From Leucoraja ocellata (Eukaryota), in assembly GCA_036785375.1 (NCBI GenBank), contig JAWMAR010000342.1, positions 1,426,001-1,490,000 of the forward strand: 64,000 bases of DNA. The letters are read 5' to 3'. This document shows, piece after piece, positions 25,471 through 36,736 of the stretch; position 1 is the stretch's first letter; every line of letters begins with the position of its first letter. Under the pieces are notes generated by a model that saw only the letters and a list, made by a program, of their open reading frames with translations, did not search any database and was not told the DNA's origin. Made by a program: the position numbers and the translations under genes.

Positions 25471-26594
25471 CCCTATGCCACATAAATGGAAAATAAATGT
25501 TGTAATTGAAGTTGACAAAAACAGTCATTATACAATGTCAATTACAATAAATATAACACATAGTTGCCAGAGTATTATCTTTCTGCTAACTGCTCATTTG
25601 CAAATAAATTACCTGCTGAATTGATCCCATTTTTGAAAATACTTGCAGGGAAAACACACCCATCATGGGATTACTTAGGTAAGATTGGGATTTCATGGGT
25701 TCAAATTCAGGAGTGTTTCATTTATCATATGCACCGCTTATGAATCGGCACAATGAAAGTCTTACTTGTTCTAAATACTATGATAGTGCAAAATCCAAAG
25801 TATGTAGAGCAACCATAAGGAGTGCCAAATCCATAATTTGGTGATGAAGTGTGATTGTGATTAGGTGGTCAACAACTTGATGGCTGATGGAAATAGCTGA
25901 TTTTAAACCTGGAGGTAACAGATGTCAGGCTTTCTTTCTAAAGATAGCAAAGAGAAGAGAGCATGGTCAGTGTGATGTGTGTCTTTGATATCAGCAGCAC
26001 CTCCTGTTGATTCCTTTGATGGTGGGTAGGTTGTCAGGTCCACCACTTTCTGGTCACCTTCACTCTTGACCATTTGAATTACCGAACCAGACTGTGATGC
26101 ATTGAGTCATTATGCTCTCCAATGTGCACCTGTAGAGGTTTGGTAGGTAATTGCATCTCATGATGAATACACTCTTCACACTCAAAGCATAGCATCATGA
26201 TAAGGTAGAATTGGCAACGTACACGCACTATCTGATAGTGCTTATCCCTCGTGTGACGAACCGGGCAAAACATTCCAATTGTGAAAATAAGCTGCTCAAC
26301 ACAATTTTATTAATTTGTCAACGATGCACACTTGAATGGACTACTCATCAGCATATTAATTATGCTTCCAGAGTCCCTGACAGTATAGGCACTCATTAAA
26401 AATTTAGCTTTGTCAGTAGTATCTCATTTAGTCCTGCCCCATAACCCACAAGGAAGATATTTTAAAATATTGAATATGAGCATGAGGCAAAAGCTGAAGT
26501 CTCAGGGTACAACCAATTACATGGTAATGATAGGAAATTATTTTCCCCATTTGTATAGCATTTTAACAGTAAAATAGCACCAATGCACAGCAAG

Positions 26595-26760
26595 TCTGCA
26601 TTGCCTCACAGCAGGAGAAACTTGTGATTAATCTACTTCTATCCACGTGGAAGTTTGTATGTTCTTCCTAGAACTGCAAGGATTTTGTCCAGTGCTTCAT
26701 TTCTGCCCATGACTCAAGATGTGCCATTTAAGTTGCTTCTAGCGGTAGGTGAGTCAGATA
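26595..26760 (+). mobile_element. degenerate tRNA-derived V-SINE-like fragment
   Basis: gcattgcctcacagc...gtggaagtttgtatgttcttcc... resembles the V-SINE core. Confidence 0.45.
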
Positions 26761-26764
26761 ATCT

Positions 26765-27020
26765 GTAGTGGTCTCGTTGCCACCTTCCCTTCAGCCAACA
26801 ATGGTCCATTCTATATTTTCCTTGAGGTCGTCCCCTTTGATCTCTTGTTACCTTACCCTTCTGTATCCCAATGTTTCCCTCTCCCCTAACTCTCAGTCTG
26901 AAGAAGGGTCTCGACTCAAAACTTCACTCATTCCTTCTCTCCAGAGATGCAGTGTGTCCCACTGAGTTACTCCAGCATTGTGTGTCTATCTTTGGTGTAA
27001 ACCAGCATCTGCAGTTTCTT
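26765..27020 (+). mobile_element. Penelope-like 3' end / terminal repeat
   Basis: Colinear with the reverse complement of 59660-59940; degenerate core ctgaagaagggtctcgactcaaaac at 26898. Confidence 0.75.
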
Positions 27021-28261
27021 TGTACATATTAAAGAATAATTTGCACAGCTGCTGGCAAAAACTCGCCACACAACCACGCTATTTTTAAACGGGAAATCAG
27101 CCCTCCCCAGAAAAGGTAGAAAAATCATTGATACCCGACTAAGCCATGCCCACTCTTTTCCTGGACAAATAAAATCATCAAAGACTATATGTTTTAGACA
27201 TTCAGAATCTAAAACTTTCTTTTTTAGAAAGACAGGTAAGTAATTAACAGAGATTTGCTGATAACCATTACTTAATGCAGTCACTCATCGCCATTCCCTA
27301 TCATTGAAATGAAGTGAAGAAATCTGTGGAATTGATTGTAACTCGATTGATTTCCTCCACCATGGCCCTCAATACATGGTTCCTGATGTGGCTACTGCTC
27401 AACCTGCAGAAAGTGGGTGAACACAGCCCAGTGCACACAGGCATCCAGTCCACCCTCACGGTACATTACACCAGGAAGGCTAGATCTGTTATCATTTGCA
27501 CGACACAGTGAAATTCTTTTGCACATCCCACAAATTCACAGTCACCATATTTAGCCGCTGTTTACAAAGAAAATGTCCAGTATCCACATGCTGAATGCCC
27601 AGGTAAGCCCCAGGCTACTGCAGGCATGCTACTCCTCGCCTGACTACCTGTGTCCTGAGGGGGGAGCGCCTCCTGCAGCTGACCTTGAAAGCGCTGGAAG
27701 CAATACCCTGGTCCATCCTTCACATCCTAGTAGTCAGCGGCTCCACCGACTCTTCTGCCTTCCCTCTGCAGGCAACAACATGCTAGCCTGTTGCCACAGG
27801 ATGCCAGGTTTCAGTTCTCACTGGCCGACTGCTCCGTCCTTGCTCTCACCGGCCGCTGGGTCAGCTTTTGCAACGCTCTGCGGTGGCCGCCAGGTCCGTT
27901 CTTGCAAGGCTTTGCGGCAGTCGCTGGGTGCTTCCTTTCCCATGCCGCAGCCACCGGGTGCTTCCCTTTTGCGTTGCCATGGGGGCCGCCGGGAATTTGC
28001 CCTTATTCCCTTTATCTCCTCCCCCTCTGGGAGGAGATGTAGGAGCTTGAAAGCCAAGATGTGAGATTCTTCCCTCGTGCTATCGGACATCTACACCAAT
28101 AACCTTTTTCACACGCTGTCATGTACTCTTAATTTATAATTCTACCTTATTTGGTTATCTTGTTATTGCACTTCAATATTTAGTTTGAAACTATTATAGA
28201 TTGCACTACAATCTCTGCACAATTCTGCTGTTTTGCATTTATCCGGATTTTATTGAAGTTA

Positions 28262-28614
28262 AGGGCCTGTCCCACTTAGGCAATTTTTTAGGTGACTAAG
28301 CTGTCGCCACATGGTCGCTAGGGTGTCGCTTGTATGGTAATTTTCAACATGTCGAAAGATTTCCGGAGACAGTCGGCCACAGTGAGTTTGACGCCAATGA
28401 GCGTAGCTTGACTTCTGACGTAGGTGCTGTCGCAGTTGTCGTCAGGTTAACGTAGGTTGTCGCCGGTGTTAACTTCATTATTTTTTTTGTTAAAGTAATG
28501 ATTCTATTTCAAATTTTATGTTGAAGGGGGATCCAGTCGCCGGTTTTTCGACGACCTGCTACAACTATGGCAGTTGTCGGCAGTCGCCTAAAAATAGCCT
28601 GTGGGACAGGCCCA
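28262..28614. mobile_element. PIF/Harbinger-type MITE
   Basis: TIRs GGGCCTGTCCCAC / GTGGGACAGGCCC extending imperfectly to ~35 bp, with TTA on both sides. Confidence 0.8.
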
Positions 28615-29540
28615 TTACGAGAAAAAAATCTCAAATATTATAATAGCCAATGACCATCTTTTGCAATCGCTGAAATAGAAAGTGAACCGCAGCAACCTTA
28701 ATTTATAGTAAATTTATAGCGATATCATTTTGAAAGTTGAATATTTTTGATAATGAACCATGTTTTGGATTTTCTGTCATTTCTCAATGAGCCAATATCT
28801 AACTTCAGACTTTTATGCCTATGCAGTTTAGTACCAAAATGTAAAATGCATCATCATTGATACAGTTTGTCTGTATAACCTGCATTTTTTAAAGTAGTTT
28901 TCACCAGTACAATGCAAAACCATAAAAACTTTTAAACTTTTTTGAAACCTTTTCCTATGAAATAATCTGAAAATTTTGTCTTAAAAAATGAGGAACAAAT
29001 GGGTTTTAATGCTGATTAGCAAGCAATCTGGCCATTTAAGAATTAATTTGCTGCATTAATTTGCTATGATCCAATTTGTAAATTGGAAACAACTTTCAAA
29101 ATGTAGGATTTTATTCTGTCTATGAGAATTCTTTAATGTGATTTTCTGTTCATCTACTATGACTTCATAGTTACGTTGAACTAAAACGTGATAGTACTTG
29201 GCATCAGATGAGAGCAAAACAATAGTTAAATATTTTATGTGAGCTCTCTGAGTTGAACAGTCGGTGTTACTGGTTTGCTACTGGTTGTAATTTTCTGGTT
29301 ATTTTGGAACTGGCCAATAATAGTTTGTAATCATAACTGTATAATTTCTTCGGTGAAATAATTCTATGGTTTCAAACTTTCCTTGTATGCAATGTGTGAT
29401 GAGGTCTAGATTTGGTAAATTTGACCTGGCATTCCTCTTGGAACATTAAAAAAAAAATCTGGTTCATAGTTATGAAAATATGGTTTTAATCCAATTATAT
29501 AGTTTCCTATAGTAAAATTTTAACAACTTTTGTTCTGCAG

Positions 29541-29729
29541 ACATTGTTCAGCAATCAGAAAGGTCTTGCAAATAAGGAAGAAATAAATGCTAAAGCTGAC
29601 ACTTCAAAAAAGATGTCAGAGGCTTCCAAGAAAATGTCTGTGGAGAGAGTTTATCAGAAGAAAACACAGTTGGAACACATCCTCCTCCGTCCTGACTCGT
29701 ACATTGGTTCAGTGGAGCCTGTAACCCAG
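29541..29729 (+). CDS. TOP2B: TOP2B exon 2
   Basis: tgcag|ACA...CAG|gtgag. Encodes TLFSNQ...SVERVYQKKTQLEHILLRPDSYIGSVEPVTQ. Confidence 0.96.
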
Positions 29730-30065
29730 GTGAGAAATTATTACTTGCCTGTCGCATTCATGGTTAATGTGAAATGAATGAATTTGTAGTCTTTCAAATA
29801 TTTTAATAACAAGTAGTCACTGATAGAAACTATAGGTTTTAAATATTGCACTGAGAGTCATAAATTCTTATAAACTAGAAACAACCCCGTTAACCCACTG
29901 CATATGCAGACCATCAACCACCTATTTACACTAATGCTCCAAGAATCTTTTTTTTTCTTATTCTCCCCATACTTCTATCAATTTATCCCAGGATCTCCAT
30001 TCACTGATATACCAAGAGCATTTCTACAGTTGCGTAAATCCATATGACTTTGGGATGTGGGAGAT

Positions 30066-31235
30066 AACATAGAATATAGGTGCAGGTGTAGGCCATCTGG
30101 CCCTTCGAGCCAGCACCGCAATTTAGTATGATCATGGCTGATCATCCAAAATCAGTACCCCCTTCCTACTTTCTCCCCTTATCCCTTGATTCTGTTAGCC
30201 CTAAGAGCAATATCTAACTCTTGAATACACCAGTGAATTGGCCTCCGCTGCCTTCTGTGGCATTGAATTCCACAGATTCACAACTCTCTGGGTGAAAAAG
30301 TTTTTCCTCATATCAGTCCTAAATGGCTTACCCCTTATTCTTAAACTGTGACTACTGGTTCGGTACTCCCCCAACATCGGGAACATTTTTCCTGCCTGCC
30401 CAATCCATTAAGCCTGTCCAATCCATTAAGCCTGTCCAATCCATTAAGAATTTTATGTTTCTATAAGAAACCCTCTCATCCTTCTAAATTCCAATTAATA
30501 TAAGCCCAGTCGATCCATTCTTTCATCATATGTCAGTCCCGCCATCCTGGGAATTAACCTGGTGAACCTGCACTGCACTCCCTCAATAGCAAGAATGTCC
30601 TACCTCAAATTATGAGACCAAAATTGCACACAAGACCCCAGGTGTGGTCTCACCAGGGCCCTGTACAACTGCAGTAGGACCTCCTTGTTGCTATACAGCT
30701 GCTCCTCAACTTTGCCCCTCTCCCTCTCTCTCCCTCTCCCTCTCCTCTCCCCCCCCCCCCCCCCCCGATACCTTGCATTAGAAACAGCTGACTCAATCGA
30801 CCTAGCATCAAGATAAATAGGAGAGAAAGTGCACGGGCTAACGTTAGATACTAACAAGTCAGCTCAGGCGAGCGAGTGCGTCTGCTCAACAGAGGACCAT
30901 TATACCACAGGAAAGCAATTTTAATTAAACAGTAAACATTACCGCTTAAATTATCAACGCTGCCACGAGGCCAGGCCAATGAAATATGGTTTCTACTGAA
31001 TGTATCGCTTTTGCACAATCGTAATGTCGAAATATCGTAAGTCGAAGCATCGTCAGTCGAGGAGCATCTGTACTTAAATCCTCTTGCTATGAAGGCCAAC
31101 ATGCCATTTGCTTTCTTCAATGCCTGCTGTACCTGCTTACTTTCAGTGACTTGATGTACAAGGACACCCAGGTCTCGTTGCACCTTCCCTTTTCCTAATC
31201 TGACACCATTATATACCTGCCTTCTTGGTCTTCCT
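30066..31235 (-). mobile_element. CR1-type LINE 3' fragment inserted in a V-SINE-like repeat and split by a MITE
   Basis: Translations RKNFFTQRVVNLWNS, LYRALVRPHL and QRDLGVLVH. The host SINE resumes at ~31271 (aaccagagcattggagaaaaccc). Confidence 0.8.
30696..31070. mobile_element. Tc1/mariner (Tigger/pogo-like) MITE
   Basis: TA|CAGCTGCTCCTCAACT ... AGTCGAGGAGCATCTG|TA. It interrupts the CR1 at a TA that is single in the paralogous CR1 near 51138. Confidence 0.8.
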
Positions 31236-31466
31236 CAATGTGTGATGAGGTCTAGATTTGGTAAATTTGAAACCAGAGCATTGGAGAAAACCCGCACAAC
31301 CAAGGGAAACATGCATACTTGAACAGCACCAGATTTCAGGATTGAACCCAAGAATTATCCAAAAGGGAGGGAGTGAACTGATATGGCATGTTTTCTCAGA
31401 TTAAAAAAAAGATTTGGTAAATTGGAGAAAGGAATGATAATGAAGTTTCAAACCCTTCTGCTAAGG

Positions 31467-31979
31467 CAAGGGTCGGCAACCTTGTTCTGCATAGGGGCTG
31501 GGACGCATGTGTGTGAGCGGATGGCGGGCCACATTTATCACGTGTACACATGGATATCGTCCCCATCCCGCCCCGGATGGCAGGCATCAAATGACGTGTT
31601 CACAGAAAGTAGTCAAAAATGCTGGAGAAACTAGCGGGTGAGGCAGCCTCATGCAATCCTTGCGGTTCTTTCTTAAACGTGTTCACAGAAGGTGCACGGC
31701 CGTGCCTTGCTTTGCGCAGGATGTGGTACAGCCAGTGCCTAGCAGCTGCTCAGGGCTCTCGGCCGCTGGTTGTGGCACCCGGCCACTGCTCAAGGCGCCC
31801 GGCCGCTGGTCGGGTCTCTCGGCCGCTGCTCAGTGCGTCCGGCCGCTGCTCGGCCGCTGGTCGGGGCTCTAAGCCACTGCTCATGACGCCTGGCAGGGCC
31901 GGATGATTACGGGGAAAAAGATCCGCTTGCGGGCTGGATGATTTCGGGTTACGGGCCACATTCCGGTTGCCGACCCCTG
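31467..31979. mobile_element. hAT (Charlie-type) MITE
   Basis: TIR CAAGGGTCGGCAACC / GGTTGCCGACCCCTG with a perfect 8-bp TSD TGCTAAGG and an internal GC-rich tandem repeat at 31745-31890. Confidence 0.9.
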
Positions 31980-32138
31980 TGCTAAGGGAACTGAATCTGT
32001 TTCATTTTGAGGAGGGACAAGACTACATGGCATGTTTCAGGCCTTTGAATTCATGTATACTTGATTTATAAAAAGGAAACTCTTCTATGGAGGATTGCCT
32101 AATAGAGGAAATTGTAAATTCAGGATTTTTTTTTTCAG

Positions 32139-32229
32139 GCAATGTGGGTATACGATGAAGAAGTCGGTATGAACTTGAGGGATATTACCTTTGTTCCTGG
32201 CTTGTACAAAATATTTGATGAGATTCTAG
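32139..32229 (+). CDS. TOP2B: TOP2B exon 3
   Basis: ttcag|GCA...G|gtaag. Encodes AMWVYDEEVGMNLRDITFVPGLYKIFDEIL. Confidence 0.96.
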
Positions 32230-33059
32230 GTAAGCACTTTTTTTCCCCCACTTCAACTGCCATTTTAAGATAATTGTAGCGTGAAACTCGTCCAGTTGTT
32301 TGGAATTTCCAGTGGTTTGACATCTGGCTTCTGCATTAGTCTGGTACATGAGGTGGAGTCTTGAGTGCGAGATGAATGTAATACTGCAGGGCTCTAAATT
32401 AACGGTTGCCCGGGTGCCAATGACCGCCCAAAGTGCCGCCGGGCAACCTAAACGCCGAGTCATTTTGCCCGGCTTGGCACTGCAGATACTGGTTTATACC
32501 GAAGATAAACACAAAAAACTGGAGTAACTCAGCGGGTCAGGCAGCATCTCTGGAGAAAAGGAACGTGGCGTTTCGTGTCGGCAACAGCTGTATTGCGGGG
32601 CAAAGATATTAGGTGCGTGGTGACGAAGGGTTGGAGCGAATGACGGGCTCCGCACAGCGGCAGCAGCGGCTTCGATAGCGGCTCCAACTCCTCCTCCTCC
32701 CGCACCCCGCCCGCCCTGATAGCGGCCGCTGCCTGTAAATCCGCCAAAGGAGCTTTCAAAACAAACCCTCCCGCACGCCAAGGCCGGGGGGAAGGAGGCC
32801 TCATGCCGTCTGAAGCAGCTGCACCAAAGATCCTATAGCTGTAAGATCTTTGAGCTGCACTGCTCGGCCCCGCACCTTGCTGTTGGCTGGCGGAGAAGGG
32901 GAGGCGGTGGAGAGAAGATCCCAACCGCCTCTCCCTTTGGCGGTGGACAGGGACGGCCAAGGCAGGGGAGACACCCCCCTACATCCCCCTTATCCTGGGA
33001 CCCTTCCTCTCCATCCCGTGCTGATCACCCTATCCACCTCACATTGATTCTCCTGCCAC

Positions 33060-33500
33060 TCCTGCCACTGGTCCCCCAATTCATCCTGTACTTACCCCCA
33101 TTCCCATCCATCCTGCACTTCATTCATCCTGCACTGATCTGCCCATTCATCCCGTACTGACCCACCCTCTATTTACCCTGCACGATTCCCCCCCCCATCC
33201 ATCCTTCACTGATCCCCTCATTCATCCTGTACTGATCCCCTCATTCATCCTGTACTGATCCCCCACTCATCCTATACTGATCCCCTCATTCATCCAGTAC
33301 TGATCCTCCATTCATCTTTTATTGATCCCCCATTCATCTTTTACTGATCCACCCCGTCCATCCTGTACTTATCTCCTCATTCATCCTGTTCTCATCCCCC
33401 TCATTCATCCTGTACTGATCCCCCTCATTCATCCTTTACTGAACCCCCCATTCATCCTGTACTGATCCTCCCTTCCAACCCGTACTGATCCCCCCCCCAT
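33060..33500. repeat. ~20-bp minisatellite (CATTCATCCTGTACTGATCCCC)n inside the transposon
   Basis: Visible tandem units. Shorter versions occur at 50260-50440 and, on the minus strand, 54740-55030. Confidence 0.9.
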
Positions 33501-33950
33501 TCAACACCACTGACATCCCCCGTGCTCTCCCCTCGCAATTTTACATACTCCAACCAACACGTACTAATTCACCTCCCTCAATTCATCCATTCTGCACCGA
33601 TTGCCTTCTCAACCCCCCCCCCCCCCCCCCGCCATCTATCCACCCTGCACCGATTCACCCCCCCCGACCCCCGACCCTATTGTGCTGGAAATGTCTTCAG
33701 AGCGAACATTGACTATGTTTGATAACGGAATGCAATCAAATGTGGTTTAATTCCCAATGTTATTATTTGTTTTAGTCCATAAGGATGGATTAATTAAATT
33801 GTGAACATGTGAAACATTAAAACCGCAGTGTTTGATTGTCACTGCTACCGTTGACACGTTATTACAGAAATCATTTTAACAGCAAATCAATGCTCTTAAT
33901 ATGGAGTATCAGTACTGTAGTTATTTAACGAGCAACATTCACAACTATAC

Positions 33951-34043
33951 TGAAGAAGGGTTTCGGCCCGAAACGTTGCCTATTTCCTTCGCTCCATAGA
34001 TGCTGCTGCACCCGCTGAGTTTCTCCAGCTTTTTTGTGTAACC
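33951..34043 (+). mobile_element. 93-nt Penelope-terminal-repeat insertion with 13-bp TSD
   Basis: TTCACAACTATAC occurs at 33938-33950 and 34044-34056, and only once in the paralogous site near 54296-54310. Confidence 0.9.
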
Positions 34044-35129
34044 TTCACAACTATACGTTGGATTTATCCAAAGTTTTAATTCTACAGTCGGTCATATACA
34101 TCACAAATTTGGTCAGGAGATATTTCAGTTGAAATTTTAACGTTAATTCTGAAGCGGGAATGATGGAAACAGTGTTTATCAATAATTTTTTTTTAATCTG
34201 GTGCGTACAAACTGGGTATCATCATTGCTGTTCACAACACATACATCTAATCTGAATGTCCGGTAATGTGGGGTTTTGACACCTTTAAACATATTACCAA
34301 AAGAACATTGGCTGCAGTTATGTACTTTGGCCATCTCTTGTCAGTTAGTGTAATGTTTAACCTGTCAGATGGGTATTGTCGGTTTTAACAGCTAATATCA
34401 TAAAATGCCTTTAGAAATTTCCTTGCAACCTGCATATTTTGTTATGGATAAATAATGTGGGAAGTGGGAGTGTTTCTGTACCAATAGCAATAACGACCTA
34501 TGCTATGGCCATGTCATGGTAATTTTCGGTCCTTCACAGAAAATAATGCATGCATCAATCTGTGTAGTGTGCATGGTTAAGCACGTATGTTACCATGGTC
34601 CAGGATTTATTGACACAGGTTGATCATACGCTGAATAATCCAACCACATTTTTGTTTGGAAGTGGAAAGAGTTGAGATACTGTAGTATAATTTTGCTGCA
34701 TATCATTGTGGTATATATCATGTCTTGATTGGTGAATATGTTTAGTTTGTGACTATTTGAAGCAGAAATAATATGTGAATGCTTCATTGAGCATAATTCC
34801 GACTGGTAACTACGCACTTCGTCCGAGCACATTATCGCAAGCGTCATGCAAACCGTGTTAAATGATCACCTAAAATGTCATTTGGCAACCTAAAAAGCTG
34901 CCACGGTTGCCTGGCTGGCAACAGGGAAAAAAAGTTAAGTGAGAGCCCTGTACTGGGTGCTCAAGAAACTCAAGGCATCTAGAACAAAACAGCCCACTTG
35001 AGTGATATGAGCCACCATTAAATATAGGTGAAGTTGTGGAAGACTGCTGGCAAATGTTGTGCCTAGATTTATGAAGCGCTGCAAGGAAAAGCCTGGAACT
35101 ATAATAGGTCAGTAAATCTAACATCTATA

Positions 35130-35660
35130 GTCAGACAGTTATTAGAGAGTATTCTGAGGGATAAGTTATGCAAGCTTTTAGATAGTCAAGGGCTGATTAG
35201 GGATAGTTGGTATGATTTTGTATATTGGAATCAGTGTCTCATGAATCTGATTGTTTTTTGAAGATGCTACCAGGCTGGGACTGTATATTCCTTGGAGTGT
35301 AGGAGAATGAGTAGTGATTTTATAGAGGTGTATATGATCGTGAGGGGACTAGATGGGGCAGGTGCACAGTCTTTCACCCAGAGTAGGGGAATCACGAATC
35401 AGAGGACTTAGATTTAAGGTGGGAGCAGCAAGATTTAATAGGAATCTGTGTGGCAACTTTATCACATGTGGGTATATGGAATGAGCTGCCGGAAGAGGTA
35501 GTTGAGGCAGAAATTATAGCAACATTTAAAAGACATTTGGACAGGTAAGTGGATAGGAAAGGTTTAGAGGGACAAACGCTGGCAGGTGGGACCTAGCACA
35601 GGTGGAACATATTGGTCAGCATGGATAAACTGGTTCAAAGGGTCTGGTTCCATGCTGTAC
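35130..35660 (+). mobile_element. degraded CR1-type LINE 3' part
   Basis: tggaatgagctgccggaagaggtagttgaggcag..catttaaaagacatttggacagg.., a CR1 ORF2 end and 3'UTR. Confidence 0.7.
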
Positions 35661-35732
35661 GTGGCTGTAGCATGTGCAATCTAAGAAATGCACTAGATGC
35701 TTATGTAGTTGCTTATCTAGGCTACTTATCTA

Positions 35733-36396
35733 CAGGGCTCGAAATTAACGGTTGCCTGGGTACCATTGACTACTCAAAGCGTCGCCGGGCAACCTAAACA
35801 CCGAGTCATTTTGCCCGGCTTGGCAACCAGATACTGGTTTGTACCGAAGATAGACAAAAAACTCCGCGGATCAGGCAGCATCTCAGGAGAAAAGGAACGC
35901 AACGTTTTGTGTCGGCGGTGACGGCGTGGGAAAGATACTAGATGCGGGATGACGAAGGGTAGCAGCGAATGACGGGCCCCGAACAGCGGCAGCAGCGGCT
36001 CCATTTCCTCCTCCCGCACCACGCCCGCCCTGATAAGGGCCGCTGCTTGCAAACCCGCTAACGGCGCTTTAAAAAAAAACCCTCCCGCACGCCGAGACCG
36101 GGAGGAGGGAGGGAGGGGGAGGCCTCAGCGTGCGGGAGGGTTTGTTTTTAAAGCGGTTATCGCCGTTAGCGGGTTTGCAAGCAGCGGCTGCTATCAGGGA
36201 GGAGGAGGAGATGGAGCCACTGTCGCGGCGGCTGCTGCTGGGCGGGACCCGTCATTCGCTCCGACACTTCTGAAGCAGCTGCACCATAGATCCTATAGCT
36301 ATAGGATCTTTGAGCTGCACCGCTCGGCCCCGCACCTTGCTGTTGGCTGGTTGGGGAGGGAGACGGTGGCGAGGAGTTCCCAACGGCCAAGGCAGC
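35733..36396 (+). mobile_element. truncated copy 2 of the CAGGGCTC transposon
   Basis: Left TIR cagggctcgaaattaacggttgcc and colinearity with 32387-32960; no right end. Confidence 0.85.
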
Positions 36397-36672
36397 TCCC
36401 TTCCAAGTTGCTACAACCCTGAACTTTAAATATTGCAGAGGTAGTCAATGGAGTAAAAAATTGGTGATTATCGCTACTTCATCAATGCTGAGTCAAAAAT
36501 GCTATCCAGTTGTACTTTTCAGTCTACTTTATTTTCAGTGGCTGGTAATGGTGATCTATTATAGTATAATGTATAAAATGAGGCAAAGATCATTCCCATT
36601 CAAATAAGTTATTATTTTATGTGTGGTAGATATTTTTAGCTGTATAAAAAAAGTGGCTTTGTTTTGTTTTAG

Positions 36673-36736
36673 TTAATGCAGCTGATAACAAGCAGAGGGA
36701 CAAGAACATGACCTGTATCAAAGTTTCAATTGATGT
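36673..36736 (+). CDS. TOP2B: TOP2B exon 4 (GHKL ATPase N box)
   Basis: tttag|TT...GT|gtaagt. Encodes (V)NAADNKQRDKNMTCIKVSID. Confidence 0.95.

Larger units (their letters stand above)
32387..34950 (+). mobile_element. non-autonomous DNA transposon with CAGGGCTC TIRs and 5-bp TSD (complete copy 1)
   Basis: TACTG|CAGGGCTCTAAATTAAC ... GTTAAGTGAGAGCCCTG|TACTG. Confidence 0.88.

Noticed and set aside
27573-28090. 163-aa ORF in a GC-rich patch of TOP2B intron 1
   Set aside because: No recognisable domain or exon structure. Overlapping ORFs in several frames reflect GC content, and the patch is probably a repeat remnant.
29395-29470. C-box-like GTGATGA suggesting an intronic C/D snoRNA
   Set aside because: No D box (CTGA) at a suitable distance and no terminal stem.
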